A DNA stretch of 64,000 nt from an uncultured Actinomycetes bacterium (GCA_964631685.1 CAZVZU010000006.1:1-64000); one strand, 5' to 3'; numbered from the stretch's first letter, positions 50,770 to 61,823 are shown. Notes: a model not told the origin generated them from the sequence alone. Numbers and translations are program-made.

Positions 50770-52656
50770 TTACCTTATGAAGAAATAAAAAAGCAACGCT
50801 ACAACCCCGATAGATAGAGTCAATATATAACTCATCAGCATTCCGTTTTGTATTTTTTTTGTCTTAATAGAAAAAAATGCAAAACTTGAGGCGATACCGT
50901 TAACTGCGCCATCAATAAGCGCAATATCAACAACCTTCCATAGGAAATTAGAGAAACCTAAGACCAACCTCACAATCAAGAAATTATATATTTCATCAAT
51001 ATAAACCTTATTAAAAGATAGTACGCGCACGGGATTAAGGATACTGTTGATAATTTTAGGAACGTGAATCCTTTTGATATATAAAAGATATGCCACGAAT
51101 ATACCCAAAAGTCCGGCCAATACCGATATGAGACTTAAAAAATACCAAGGAGTATTATTTATGAACGGAGCAAAATTAAATGCATTCTGAAAATCAACAT
51201 GCAAATAATTGTAAAATATTGAACCATTAAACGGCGGGATACCCAAAAATCCTACTATCAATGCCAACGATGCCAATATTATCATGGGAACCGTCATAAG
51301 CTTCACAGATTCATGTACATGCACTTTCGGGTCAAGGTTGGATTTTCCAAAAAATGCGATAAATATTAGCCTAAAAATGTAAAAAGCAGTCATTGCAGCT
51401 GCCAATTCACCAATTACCCACGCAAAATAAAATCCCTTATTGTATGTATCCGCCAATATCGCATCTTTACTAAAAAATCCTGAAAATGGGGGGATTCCGG
51501 ACAAGGCAAGTCCGCCTACGATAAACGTAATCGCGGTTACCTTCATCTTCGAATATAATCCGCCCATCTTTCTTAAGTCTAATTCACCTGCAAGTCCGTG
51601 CATCACACTGCCTGCTGTTAAAAATAGCAACCCCTTAAAAATAGCGTGCGAAATAAGATGGAACATCCCTGCTGTATATGAGCCGATGCCGACTGCCATA
51701 AACATATAACCCAACTGACTTATAGTGGAATAAGCAATAATCCTTTTTATATCAAACTGCGTTAGTGCTATAAATGCTGCCAAAAAAGCGGTAATGGTTC
51801 CAATGGTCAAAACAACCCCTGATGCAAACGGCGAATACGAAAATATTATATGAAATCTAGCTATCATATAAACGCCGGCTGTAACCATAGTTGCGGCATG
51901 AATTAATGCGCTAACAGGGGTAGGACCTTCCATGGCATCTGGCAACCATACGTGTAATGGAAATTGCGCAGATTTTCCTATAGCCCCGGCAAACAGTAGT
52001 AACGCAATGACGGTAACAGTAAAAGATGGAAGAACCGGGACAATCTTGAATATTGCATCATAATTAAGCGTTCCGGTAGCCGTAAACAGCAGGAAAATTC
52101 CGATTGCAAACCCGAAGTCTCCAATTCTATTAACTATAAAAGCTTTTTTGCCAGCATCCACAGCAGATTTCTTTTCGTACCAGAAGCCAATTAAAATGTA
52201 CGAGCAAAATCCCACTGCTTCCCAGAAAACATATAAAAGCAGAAGATTATCCGAAATTACAAGCATTATCATTGAGAACACAAAAAGATTTAAAAACGAA
52301 AAATACCTCGAAAATCCTTTGTCTCCCTGCATATATCCAATGGAATATATATGAACCAATGTGCTTACTCCGGTAACCATGATAAGCATTATAACGGAAA
52401 GCCTATCAACAACCGCGGACACCCCTACCTTAAAATTTGCTGCATGAATCCACGGGTAAAGTGTACTTGTAAATCCGTGCGTATATGAAACGATAAAAAA
52501 TAGAATAACAGAAAGTATGAACGATATTCCTATAAAAGCACTCGCTGCATAACCCGCATACCCTTTGAAATATTTTCCGAAAAGGCCCCATAAAAGCCAG
52601 CCTGTTAAGGGAAATAAGGGTATTAACCATGTAATTAGTAATTTTGCATCCATCAA
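50770..52656 (-). CDS. nuoL: NADH-quinone oxidoreductase subunit L
   Basis: NRIGDFG, GKSAQFPLHVWLPDAMEGPTPVSALIHAATMV. Confidence 0.97.
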   Translation of the reverse strand: MMDAKLLITWLIPLFPLTGWLLWGLFGKYFKGYAGYAASAFIGISFILSVILFFIVSYTHGFTSTLYPWIHAANFKVGVSAVVDRLSVIMLIMVTGVSTLVHIYSIGYMQGDKGFSRYFSFLNLFVFSMIMLVISDNLLLLYVFWEAVGFCSYILIGFWYEKKSAVDAGKKAFIVNRIGDFGFAIGIFLLFTATGTLNYDAIFKIVPVLPSFTVTVIALLLFAGAIGKSAQFPLHVWLPDAMEGPTPVSALIHAATMVTAGVYMIARFHIIFSYSPFASGVVLTIGTITAFLAAFIALTQFDIKRIIAYSTISQLGYMFMAVGIGSYTAGMFHLISHAIFKGLLFLTAGSVMHGLAGELDLRKMGGLYSKMKVTAITFIVGGLALSGIPPFSGFFSKDAILADTYNKGFYFAWVIGELAAAMTAFYIFRLIFIAFFGKSNLDPKVHVHESVKLMTVPMIILASLALIVGFLGIPPFNGSIFYNYLHVDFQNAFNFAPFINNTPWYFLSLISVLAGLLGIFVAYLLYIKRIHVPKIINSILNPVRVLSFNKVYIDEIYNFLIVRLVLGFSNFLWKVVDIALIDGAVNGIASSFAFFSIKTKKIQNGMLMSYILTLSIGVVALLFYFFIR

Positions 52657-52677
52657 AAATGCCCTTTTATATTTAAT

Positions 52678-52986
52678 TTATAGTTTTAGCTCATTTGCTT
52701 TGTCTATATCTACAGTACCTTTCTCTCTATAAAAAGCAACGGCAATGCCAAGAGCTATCGCCGCCTCAGCGGCAGCCACGACCATAACGAAAATAACAAA
52801 GATATCCCCGCCTATTAGGTGCAGATAATCGGAAACAGCTACGAACCCCAAATTGGCAGCATTAAACATCAGTTCCAAGCTCATAAATATCACTATTAAG
52901 TTCTTGCGCATCAAAACACCAAACGCGCCGATGCAAAAAATTATTCCCGCGACAATCAGATAATCGTTCATAAACATGTTTATCAC
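52678..52986 (-). CDS. nuoK: NADH-quinone oxidoreductase subunit K
   Basis: RKNLI..SLELMFNA, VAAAEAAIAL. Confidence 0.95.
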   Translation of the reverse strand: MINMFMNDYLIVAGIIFCIGAFGVLMRKNLIVIFMSLELMFNAANLGFVAVSDYLHLIGGDIFVIFVMVVAAAEAAIALGIAVAFYREKGTVDIDKANELKL

Positions 52987-53013
52987 AAATTAAAATTATT
53001 TATTTTGGTTAAA

Positions 53014-53517
53014 CTAATATTTCTTTTTGGCGAATAAATACGCACCTATTATAGCCACTAATAAAAGAATAGATGCCACCTCAAATGGAAATATATATTT
53101 TGTAAATAAAAATTCTCCTATAATCCGAGTATTTCCGACTTTATTGATAAGGGCACCCGTGTAGATACCCGTTGATTTTCCAGAAGATCCGTTAAGAATA
53201 TAAATGACTATTTCCGCAAATAAAATCACGGATATCACAACCGCTATCACCGTTTGGTGTAAATCTATTTTTAATTTTTTGATTTTTGAAAGATTTAATA
53301 ACATTATAACTAGCACAACCAGCACCATAATAGCCCCTGCATATACAAGAATCTGCATGGCCGCCAGAAACTGCATATTCAATATGACATAGAACCCTGC
53401 TAGCGCGAAAAAACAAAGTATTAAATATAAAGCCGAAGTCAACGGATTTTTCATTGATATAACCATTAAAGCCGAAAAAATAGCTATAACCGAAAAAATG
53501 TAAAAAAGCGCTTCCAA
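53014..53517 (-). CDS. nuoJ: NADH-quinone oxidoreductase subunit J
   Basis: NPLTSAL, QILVYAGAIMVL, PFEVASILLL. Confidence 0.95.
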   Translation of the reverse strand: MEALFYIFSVIAIFSALMVISMKNPLTSALYLILCFFALAGFYVILNMQFLAAMQILVYAGAIMVLVVLVIMLLNLSKIKKLKIDLHQTVIAVVISVILFAEIVIYILNGSSGKSTGIYTGALINKVGNTRIIGEFLFTKYIFPFEVASILLLVAIIGAYLFAKKKY

Positions 53518-53548
53518 AATTACCCTCTTATTTATAAATTACAAAAAA

Positions 53549-54064
53549 TTAATCAGATTCGATTAACTGTTCTATAGAATAAATACCTTCATCTCGAGTA
53601 TAAAATGCCACTTCATAATTGCTTCCCATACTTATAGCCTCTTCAGGGCAAATCTCTTCACAATAACCACAACAGATGCATCTTAGCAAATCAATATCGA
53701 AGGATAAAGGATGCCTTCTTCCGTCATCGAATATCCCAGGCTTAAGTTTATCTAGACTGTGATTATGTTTTTGTCTATCCGTAAGCTCATGTTTGTCTCC
53801 ATAATTGACATAACCGGTTCTTATTTTGATAGCCCCTGATGGGCAAACAGTTTGGCATAAACAACATGCAACACACCGCAATGAGCCATCACTGTTTACA
53901 TTAAGCTTAGGAAATGCCCTGAATCTTTCAGCAATCTGAAGCCTTTCTCTCGGATATTGAACGGTTACCGGCTTATCGAAAAAAGTCTTTATCGTAGTCT
54001 TTAGTCCTATAAGCAGATTTTTTGAAATCTCTATAATGGAATTTTCCTGTTTTTTTGTATCCAT
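53549..54064 (-). CDS. nuoI: NADH-quinone oxidoreductase subunit I
   Basis: TVQYP, CVACCLCQTVCP and CICCGYCEEICP. Confidence 0.95.
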   Translation of the reverse strand: MDTKKQENSIIEISKNLLIGLKTTIKTFFDKPVTVQYPRERLQIAERFRAFPKLNVNSDGSLRCVACCLCQTVCPSGAIKIRTGYVNYGDKHELTDRQKHNHSLDKLKPGIFDDGRRHPLSFDIDLLRCICCGYCEEICPEEAISMGSNYEVAFYTRDEGIYSIEQLIESD

Positions 54065-54081
54065 TTTATTTTTTAATTTGT

Positions 54082-55065
54082 TTATTTTATTAGAATCATT
54101 ATGAAACCGGTAACAACAATATTAGCTAATGCCAACGGTAATAAAAACTTCCATCCAAAATCCATCAGTTCGTCATATCTCAATCTTGGATATGTCCACC
54201 TCAACCATAAATAGATCAGTATAACAAAGAAAAGCTTTATTAAAAACCATACGACGGACGGAAGAAATGGCCCTTGCCATCCACCTAAGAATAGAGTGAC
54301 TATTATAGCACTATTGACCACTACTTGGGCATATTCACCGATAAAATAAAACGCAAACTCCATACTCGAATATTCTGTATGAAAACCTGCAACAATCTCT
54401 CCTTCAGCCTCACCTAAGTCAAAAGGAACCCTATTCATTTCAGCAGTAGAAGCAAGTAAATAGATTATAAAACCGACAGGCTGATAAACTATAAACCAGA
54501 TATGCGACTGCTTGGAAACAATTCCTGCTAAACTTAAATCCCCCGCAATCATTATTATTCCAATAATCGAAAGAACAAGGGGAATCTCATAGCTTATCAT
54601 TTGAGCCGCTGTTCTTATACCTCCAAGCAATGAATATTTACTGTTAGACGCCCACCCGCCTAAAACAACTCCATAAATACCAAGCGACGAAAGGGCTAAA
54701 ACAAAAAGTATTCCAATATTTACATCTGTCACCTGAAGTGGAACGATATGCCCTAAGATTTTAATAGGTGCTCCAAACGGTATCACTGCGAATGTGGTTA
54801 GTGCCGGTATAACAACGATTATAGGAGCAAGAAGAAATAATATCTTATCTGCACCAGCAGGTATGATGTCTTCCTTGAAAAAAAGCTTTATCCCGTCAGC
54901 CATAGGCTGCAATAAACCGTGAAATCCCGCCTCCATCGGTCCCATTCTATTTTGAATTCTAGCCGCTACCTTGCGCTCTAAAAGGGTTAAGTAAGCCGCC
55001 GATAGAAGTAAAACGGTAAAAACTATTAATATTTTTATAACTTCCGTTATGAGCCAGAATACCAT
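54082..55065 (-). CDS. nuoH: NADH-quinone oxidoreductase subunit H
   Basis: ERKVAARIQNRMGP, QPMADGIKL, EMNRVPFDL.EAE, RWTYPRLRYD. Confidence 0.97.
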   Translation of the reverse strand: MVFWLITEVIKILIVFTVLLLSAAYLTLLERKVAARIQNRMGPMEAGFHGLLQPMADGIKLFFKEDIIPAGADKILFLLAPIIVVIPALTTFAVIPFGAPIKILGHIVPLQVTDVNIGILFVLALSSLGIYGVVLGGWASNSKYSLLGGIRTAAQMISYEIPLVLSIIGIIMIAGDLSLAGIVSKQSHIWFIVYQPVGFIIYLLASTAEMNRVPFDLGEAEGEIVAGFHTEYSSMEFAFYFIGEYAQVVVNSAIIVTLFLGGWQGPFLPSVVWFLIKLFFVILIYLWLRWTYPRLRYDELMDFGWKFLLPLALANIVVTGFIMILIK

Positions 55066-55105
55066 AATTTTTATAAATTAAATAATTTAACGATGTTTTA
55101 TTTTT

Positions 55106-57214
55106 TTAATAAAGTAATTTAGTCTTGTCATTGTAATAGAATCGACTTTTACTTTTAAATTTGTTATAAGATATAGCATTTTCGGTCTTTAAAGTTTCAA
55201 CGAATCCGGACAATCCCTCGCTTGCAAGATCAAAATCATGTCCCAATTTATTCGCTATCTTAGTCAAAAGGTCTAAAATTCCACTTCTACATCCACCAAG
55301 ATGAAACTCATTGTTTATATTTAGTGTTTTGCCTTCAAAATTTTCGTAAAACGCATCTTTTAGCTCAAGAAAATCGTATATTGGTATAACGACATCTGCC
55401 ATAGCCGACACTATGCTTGATTTAGAGGAAAAAACCGCCAGATACTCCAAATCGCAAATATGCTTCATTAACTCTTTTCCTGCATCATTATTTATAGGAT
55501 CGCCTATATATATAAGATTTTTTATTTTTCCGGTTTCAAACCCTGAAAGTACGGAATTATAGCCATAACCATCTGTGGGATTTACTCCTGAATTAATAAG
55601 ACCTCTGTAATTAAACGGTTTAATTAGAGGATAAACAGAAACTATCTTTTGTTTATCTCTCAAAAACTCAACGATCTCCCCTATAGCAGAAATACTACTG
55701 CCCATATCACAAGCCGACATAGGGTAATCGCCTATTAATATGGAAACTGCGCTCGCCTTAAGAACATATTCGGTAATTTCATCGTCTTCATCAGGGCCAT
55801 TGCCGTATATATTAAGCTTTAAATCATTTAGAAAATCATGAATGGCAAATAGCTCAATATTCCTCCTTATACAAGCAATATCTTCGAACCTCGTAAGATC
55901 CGTCTTTGTAGATTTTTTAATGTTTATAAGAAAGAGTGTTCCGCCGTGTTCTCTGTGTGCCTTCATGATATTATACGTAGCATAAGGCAATTCATCCTCT
56001 ATGGAACCTATATATATCATGATCTCCGAGTTTTGCAATGTCTTTATATTGAAATTTTCTTCATTTCTAAAAACGGATTTAAACCTATTAAAATTTTCTC
56101 TATAAAATTCGGATTCAGCTATATCAAAATAGGCAGGCTTTAAAATGTGCTTTACGAAACCGGATATTACAAAACCGTCATTTGTGGATATCCCCGGCGA
56201 TACTAAAACTGCCGTATCTTTCATCCCGCCCTTCTCCGATATATTTCTTATTTTTAACGCAATCTCGTTTACAGCTTCTTCTGAGCCGACCTCTGTAGGC
56301 ACAGATTTCCTTTTGATATGAGGAATATTAATATAATATTCCTCATGTTTTCCTATGCCCTCATAAAAAAAACCAGCTTTACATAGATACCCGCCATATA
56401 AAGAGGCTGTCCTAACTAGCGACTCTTCTTTGTCATATCTATAATACTCCATCCTGCATGCAGCAGCACACTTATCACAAACGGATGAAAAAGGGGATTC
56501 CTGCCAATATCTTTCTTTAAATTTAGAAGGCTTGGAAAGCAATGCGCCCACAGGGCAAACCTCCACGCAATTTCCGCAATAATAGCAATCCAAATAATCT
56601 ATGTCTCTTTTAATTTCCGTAAATGAACAGTTCTCCGACGGCTCAGACCCCATATGCAACTTATCGTCGTCTTTTAAACCTATATATCCGCTGTATCCTC
56701 TATCTTTTATTTGAATAAACGGATTTCCGTACATATCGGTACACACCCTTATACATCTAGAACATAACACGCATCTTGTCGCCGTATACTGTATAAGGTC
56801 GCTTTTAAATATATTATGCGTCCTGTCAGGAAAAACTTTCTTGTTTTGCTGAGTAGTGAGCCCAAACTCAAAAGAAAGGTTTTGGAGCTCGCATTCTCCT
56901 GATTTATCACAAACAGGACAATCCAATGGATGATCTAGTAAAAGATAGGACATCAACTCTCTTCTCAGTTTACGTAGTTTTTCGGTATCAGTTAATATTT
57001 CATAACCTTCTTTGACCTTTGCTACGCAGGATGGAAGAGGGTTCTTGACTCCCTTAACCTCCACCGCACAAATTCTACACGAGCCGACGGGCCTGAGCCT
57101 TCTAAGATAACACAACACAGGTATCCTTATGCCATTTTGGGCTGCCGCCTCAAGAATGGTAATGCCTGTCCTTGTCATAATCTTTTTGCCGTTTATTGTA
57201 ACCTCTATATCCAA
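55106..57214 (-). CDS. nuoG: NuoG/SfrA-like Fe-S subunit
   Basis: 2Fe-2S (CY..GSCRIC..C), HPLDCPVCDKSGEC, CVLCSRC, CGNCVEVCP, CDKCAAAC..LC; divergent molybdopterin-fold remainder. Confidence 0.85.
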   Translation of the reverse strand: MDIEVTINGKKIMTRTGITILEAAAQNGIRIPVLCYLRRLRPVGSCRICAVEVKGVKNPLPSCVAKVKEGYEILTDTEKLRKLRRELMSYLLLDHPLDCPVCDKSGECELQNLSFEFGLTTQQNKKVFPDRTHNIFKSDLIQYTATRCVLCSRCIRVCTDMYGNPFIQIKDRGYSGYIGLKDDDKLHMGSEPSENCSFTEIKRDIDYLDCYYCGNCVEVCPVGALLSKPSKFKERYWQESPFSSVCDKCAAACRMEYYRYDKEESLVRTASLYGGYLCKAGFFYEGIGKHEEYYINIPHIKRKSVPTEVGSEEAVNEIALKIRNISEKGGMKDTAVLVSPGISTNDGFVISGFVKHILKPAYFDIAESEFYRENFNRFKSVFRNEENFNIKTLQNSEIMIYIGSIEDELPYATYNIMKAHREHGGTLFLINIKKSTKTDLTRFEDIACIRRNIELFAIHDFLNDLKLNIYGNGPDEDDEITEYVLKASAVSILIGDYPMSACDMGSSISAIGEIVEFLRDKQKIVSVYPLIKPFNYRGLINSGVNPTDGYGYNSVLSGFETGKIKNLIYIGDPINNDAGKELMKHICDLEYLAVFSSKSSIVSAMADVVIPIYDFLELKDAFYENFEGKTLNINNEFHLGGCRSGILDLLTKIANKLGHDFDLASEGLSGFVETLKTENAISYNKFKSKSRFYYNDKTKLLY

Positions 57215-57218
57215 TTTT

Positions 57219-59132
57219 TTAATCCTCTTTAAACTTCACAAGCATGAGTAGATAACATCGCATACACCTCGTTGCCTCATAAATAACGTTATCACTTGTT
57301 AAGCCTTTATCGACTTCCTTAAAATTTTTTACACACATTTCTACAGGTTCTTCCAACTGTTTAGCCGCAAAATTTCCTTCTGGAAAATCGGTATAGTCTA
57401 CTACCTCTTTTTTGTCGTACACACCAAGCTGTTCAAAGAGGTACTCAAAAAGACAGTCATCGGTCGGCTCAAATGTGCCTGTTCTTATGTATTGATCTAT
57501 CCTTCTCGCGGCATTCTTACCGTCGCGATTTGAATCAATTATGCTCATGGGTCCGGTAAGAACATCCCCTCCGACAAATACTCCCTGCATATCGGTCATA
57601 TGGGTAAACTTATCGGCTACTATAATTCTATCCTTATTGGCTGTCTTAATTTGGGGCGTATCCTTTAAGAAACTTATATCAGGAACCTGTCCAACCGCCA
57701 TAATAAATGCATCACATTCAATATCAAAATGTGAGTCGGGTATTTCGACCGGACTCTTTCGTCCACTCTTATCTATTTCACCAAGCGTCATTTTTGTACA
57801 TCTTATACCCTTAACCGCTCTGTTCTCCTGTATCACACTTACTGGATTTGTTAAAAATTCGAACTTTACTCCCTCTTTCGCGGCGGTATCCACTTCATAA
57901 GACGCTGCCGGCATCTGCTCCTTTGCTCTTCTGTATACAACTACAACATCTTGAAACCCTAATCTAATCGCCGTTCTACAACAATCTATAGCAACATTGC
58001 CCCCGCCTTCTATTACAATTTTACTACAAGTATCTATTTTATTTCCCAATGCAACATTGCGCAAAAACTCAACTCCATCATAAAAACCCTTGAGATTATC
58101 GTTTTCCCCTGGCAAATTTATATTCTGCCCCTTATGCGCGCCCACTGCAATAAAAACAGCCTTAAAATCCTGTTTAAAAAGATCAACTATCTTAAAATCG
58201 GTTCCAAGTCTCTGATTTAATTCATAATCCACTCCGGTAGAGAGAATGTAACCAATCTCTTTGTCAAGAAATTCTTGAGGTAATCTGTATCTTGGGATAC
58301 CAACGGTCATCATGCCACCCAAAACAGACAGCGCTTCAAATATTACAGGTTTATATCCCATTAAACGCAAGTAATAAGCACAACTTAAACCTGCAGGGCC
58401 AGAGCCTATTATTGCTACCTTGATTCCGTTACTTTTAATTGCAAACTTCTGTTTAACATCTGAATAAAAAGCATTATCGGCGGCAAATCTCCTGATTAAA
58501 CATATCTGAATGGTTTCATCAACATTAGCCCTGCGGCAATTATCCTGACACGGATGAAAGCATGTCCTCCCTAAAATTCCGGCCAGCGGGGTACTTCTCC
58601 TCACTGATTCGAGCGCATCTTCATATCTGCCGTCCCTAACCTTTTCAATCCAGTTCGGAATATCCAACTTAGACGGACATGCATTAACGCACGGGGCAGT
58701 CACATGGGCTATATATTTTCCCTTTGGAATAATTTCCTTATTTACTATTGCCCTTTCAAAGTCTTCTCTGAAATTATCAATTAGCTCAACAACAGCAGAC
58801 GGCCCTATATTTCCCACTGTGCATTTAGAAGACGACAAAATCCAATCACATTGATTCCTTAATCTGTCTAAATCTTCCAGTATAGCGTTACCGTTACACA
58901 TATGCTCAAGAATGTCGGCGGCAACTGAGGTTCCGACCGTGCACGGTACACAAACGCCACAAGAAAGCTTTTGAAGCTCCTGCATATAACATCGAGCAAG
59001 GTCAACCTTATTATCATTCTCATCCAGTAAAATAGCACCATTCCAGTTAAGAATAGAAGATATATCGGCATGACCTGCCTTTTTAAAGTACGAAATATCT
59101 AACTTCGAACCGATCTTATCAATAATTTTCAT
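57219..59132 (-). CDS. SfrB-like flavoprotein: NuoF-type 4Fe-4S domain fused to a GltD-like FAD/NAD(P)H oxidoreductase
   Basis: SCGVCVPCTVG...SKCTVG, APCVNACP, GRTCFHPCQDNC, IIGSGPAG, GIPRYRLP, EGGGNVAIDC, VYRR, EATRCMRC; start ATG 59132. Confidence 0.85.
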   Translation of the reverse strand: MKIIDKIGSKLDISYFKKAGHADISSILNWNGAILLDENDNKVDLARCYMQELQKLSCGVCVPCTVGTSVAADILEHMCNGNAILEDLDRLRNQCDWILSSSKCTVGNIGPSAVVELIDNFREDFERAIVNKEIIPKGKYIAHVTAPCVNACPSKLDIPNWIEKVRDGRYEDALESVRRSTPLAGILGRTCFHPCQDNCRRANVDETIQICLIRRFAADNAFYSDVKQKFAIKSNGIKVAIIGSGPAGLSCAYYLRLMGYKPVIFEALSVLGGMMTVGIPRYRLPQEFLDKEIGYILSTGVDYELNQRLGTDFKIVDLFKQDFKAVFIAVGAHKGQNINLPGENDNLKGFYDGVEFLRNVALGNKIDTCSKIVIEGGGNVAIDCCRTAIRLGFQDVVVVYRRAKEQMPAASYEVDTAAKEGVKFEFLTNPVSVIQENRAVKGIRCTKMTLGEIDKSGRKSPVEIPDSHFDIECDAFIMAVGQVPDISFLKDTPQIKTANKDRIIVADKFTHMTDMQGVFVGGDVLTGPMSIIDSNRDGKNAARRIDQYIRTGTFEPTDDCLFEYLFEQLGVYDKKEVVDYTDFPEGNFAAKQLEEPVEMCVKNFKEVDKGLTSDNVIYEATRCMRCYLLMLVKFKED

Positions 59133-59166
59133 ATGATCAAATTTACGATAATAAGTTAAATTTATC

Positions 59167-60366
59167 CTACCTATCCACTTCTCCCAATAATATATCGACA
59201 CTGCCCATAATTGCAACCAAATCGGCAAGCAGATATCCCTTCGTCATTTTACACAAAGCGCTGATATTGCAAAACGACGGCGGTCTCACCCTCATGCGGT
59301 AAGGAAAAGCTGAGCCGTCTGAAACCAAGTAAAACCCTAATTCTCCTCTTGGATTTTCCACTGAGTGATACGCCTCGCCCTTAGGCGGCTTTATCCCTTC
59401 CATGCCATATTTAAAAAGCGATATCATCCCCTCCATAGTAGTCAATGCGCGTCTCTTAGGAGGAATAACATACTTCGGGTATTCATCATAACTTAAATAT
59501 TCTCCCTCTGGAATGTTTTCCACTGCCTGCTCAATTATCTTAAGACTCTGCCGCATCTCTTCTATTCTTACAAAATATCTATCGTAAACATCTCCGGTAT
59601 CTCCAATCGGGATATCAAATTCAAAATCCTCATAACTCGAATACGGATTCGCTTTTCTCACGTCATATTGTAATCCGCTACCTCTTAAATTAGGCCCGGT
59701 AAAAGCATAACTCACAGCATCCTCAATAGAAATTATACCTAAATTCTTGGTCCTTTCTAGCCAAATTTTATTTTTTGTGAGTAACGCCTCATATTCAACA
59801 ATTTTTTCTGGAAAAATCTTTATAAAACTTCTTGTCTTGTCTATGAAATCCTTGTGTATATCCATTGCAAGACCCCCAACGCGAAAAAACGAGGGTGTCA
59901 TTCTAGCACCCGTAACGGCTTCTATAATATCTAATATTAGTTCTCTTTCGCGAAAACAGTACAAAAACTCCGTAAGCGCGCCCAAATCCACCGCATGAGT
60001 AGCCAACCATACAAGATGGGAACTTATTCTTGTGAACTCAGCTAAAATTACCCTAACATACTCCGCTCTCTTTGGAGCCTTAACGCCGCATAGTTTTTCA
60101 ACGGCAAGAATATAACCTAAATTATTCGATACGGCGGAAACATAATCCATCCTATCCGTAATGGTCTCTGCTTGATGATAGGTTTTGAATTCGGCACATT
60201 TTTCCATGCTAGTATGCAGATAGCCTATAATGGGCTCCGCATCAAGAATAACCTCCCCGTCCATTTTAACCAAAACCCTAAGGACGCCATGGGTAGCAGG
60301 ATGTGAAGGTCCAATGTTTAACGAAAACTTATCTACTTCTATTAAGAAATCTTTGTATTCGAACAT
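59167..60366 (-). CDS. nuoD: NADH-quinone oxidoreductase subunit D
   Basis: NIGPSHPATHGVLR, DRMDY, ENPRGELG, GEVDR. Confidence 0.97.
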   Translation of the reverse strand: MFEYKDFLIEVDKFSLNIGPSHPATHGVLRVLVKMDGEVILDAEPIIGYLHTSMEKCAEFKTYHQAETITDRMDYVSAVSNNLGYILAVEKLCGVKAPKRAEYVRVILAEFTRISSHLVWLATHAVDLGALTEFLYCFRERELILDIIEAVTGARMTPSFFRVGGLAMDIHKDFIDKTRSFIKIFPEKIVEYEALLTKNKIWLERTKNLGIISIEDAVSYAFTGPNLRGSGLQYDVRKANPYSSYEDFEFDIPIGDTGDVYDRYFVRIEEMRQSLKIIEQAVENIPEGEYLSYDEYPKYVIPPKRRALTTMEGMISLFKYGMEGIKPPKGEAYHSVENPRGELGFYLVSDGSAFPYRMRVRPPSFCNISALCKMTKGYLLADLVAIMGSVDILLGEVDR

Positions 60367-60395
60367 TATTAAATCTTCTCTAAATAATTTGATTT

Positions 60396-60923
60396 TTACG
60401 GTTTTTGATCTGTCTTATTTAACACCGTATAGCCCGGTGTATCAAAATTTATTTTTTCTACCGGCGGTCTTTGTTTTAAAGGATAATCCTTGAGTAGCGG
60501 ATGTCCTTCCCAATCATCTGGATTTAATATCCTTTTTAAATCGGGATGCCCCTTAAATTTTAACCCGAACATATCGTAAACTTCCCTTTCAAACCAATTT
60601 GCCGACTCATATAATGGGGTCAAACTAGGATAATCAGGCTCGTCCATTTTACTTTTTACCTTAATAAATATGGTAAAATTATTTTTTGTAGAATAAAAAT
60701 TATAAATCACCTCTATCCTATCTGCTTTTTTAGGATAATCAACCGCAAATAAATCTGATAGCATATCAAATTGTAACCTAATATCATCCCTCATGAATTT
60801 TGCAAAAGCAACGATACGCTCTCTACCAGTAAATATATGGATATCTCCGTTAGAGGTTTCAACCGATATAATATCTTTAGCCATAGACTCTTTTATAACG
60901 CTGAGCGCAAATAGAACATCCAT
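60396..60923 (-). CDS. nuoC: NADH-quinone oxidoreductase subunit C
   Basis: ANWFEREVYDMFG, GHPDLKRIL, GHPLLKDYP. Confidence 0.96.
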   Translation of the reverse strand: MDVLFALSVIKESMAKDIISVETSNGDIHIFTGRERIVAFAKFMRDDIRLQFDMLSDLFAVDYPKKADRIEVIYNFYSTKNNFTIFIKVKSKMDEPDYPSLTPLYESANWFEREVYDMFGLKFKGHPDLKRILNPDDWEGHPLLKDYPLKQRPPVEKINFDTPGYTVLNKTDQKP

Positions 60924-60984
60924 CTTGTTAATGCCTACACTATTTAGTTAATTTGCTGTACACAAAACTTGAAATTGCTACGAT

Positions 60985-61479
60985 TTACCTTATAATCTCG
61001 GGTGGTCCCTCTTTCCTTATCGTTCCTTTTTCTATTTTTTCTTGAAGTTTTACTATGCCATATATAAGAGCCTCCGGCCTAGGCGGACAGCCTGGAACGT
61101 AAACATCAACCGGAATAAATCTGTCAACCCCCTGTATTATACTATAAACATCAAAAAGCCCCCCGGAACAAGCGCAATCTCCCATCGCAATAACCCACTT
61201 AGGATTTGGCATCTGATCGTAAATTCTTTTAACCATAGGCGCCATTTTATATGAAACACGTCCAGATACAATGATTAAATCAGACTGCCTAGGGCTTGAC
61301 CTAAAAATCAGACCTAACCTGTCAAAGTCATAGCGAGAAGAGGCGACCGTCATCATTTCGATAGCGCAACAAGCTAAGCCGAAGGTTGCCGGCCAAATAG
61401 ACCACTTTCTACCCCACGAAACAAGTTTATCCAGGGAAGTAGTTATAATATTATCACCGATATGCTCTTCTAATCCCAT
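60985..61479 (-). CDS. nuoB: NADH-quinone oxidoreductase subunit B
   Basis: [34 protein letters not shown]. Confidence 0.97.
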   Translation of the reverse strand: MGLEEHIGDNIITTSLDKLVSWGRKWSIWPATFGLACCAIEMMTVASSRYDFDRLGLIFRSSPRQSDLIIVSGRVSYKMAPMVKRIYDQMPNPKWVIAMGDCACSGGLFDVYSIIQGVDRFIPVDVYVPGCPPRPEALIYGIVKLQEKIEKGTIRKEGPPEIIR

Positions 61480-61823
61480 TTAAGCGCCCCTTTTTTCCAC
61501 ACATACAAAAGACCTATAACTAATATTACTATAAACATGAACATTTCGACAAATCCGAACAGACCAAGTTCTGAAAAGACAACTGCCCACGGAAATAAGA
61601 ACAGTGCTTCAACATCAAAAAGAAGAAAAATTATAGCGACAAGATAGAATTTAATATCAAATCTCAAATGGGCATCGCCCGTGGGTTCAACCCCACACTC
61701 ATATGCTTTCAATTTTCCTGCTTCGTATGTTTTTTTTCCAAGAAAATTTGAGACTATGATTGTGCAAACGGCAAATAGCACGGATACCACAAACATTATA
61801 AGTATAGGTAAAAAAGAATTCAA
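61470..61823 (-). CDS. nuoA: NADH-quinone oxidoreductase subunit A
   Basis: [19 protein letters not shown]; likely TTG start at 61823 after GGAGA. Confidence 0.95.
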   Translation of the reverse strand: MNSFLPILIMFVVSVLFAVCTIIVSNFLGKKTYEAGKLKAYECGVEPTGDAHLRFDIKFYLVAIIFLLFDVEALFLFPWAVVFSELGLFGFVEMFMFIVILVIGLLYVWKKGALKWD

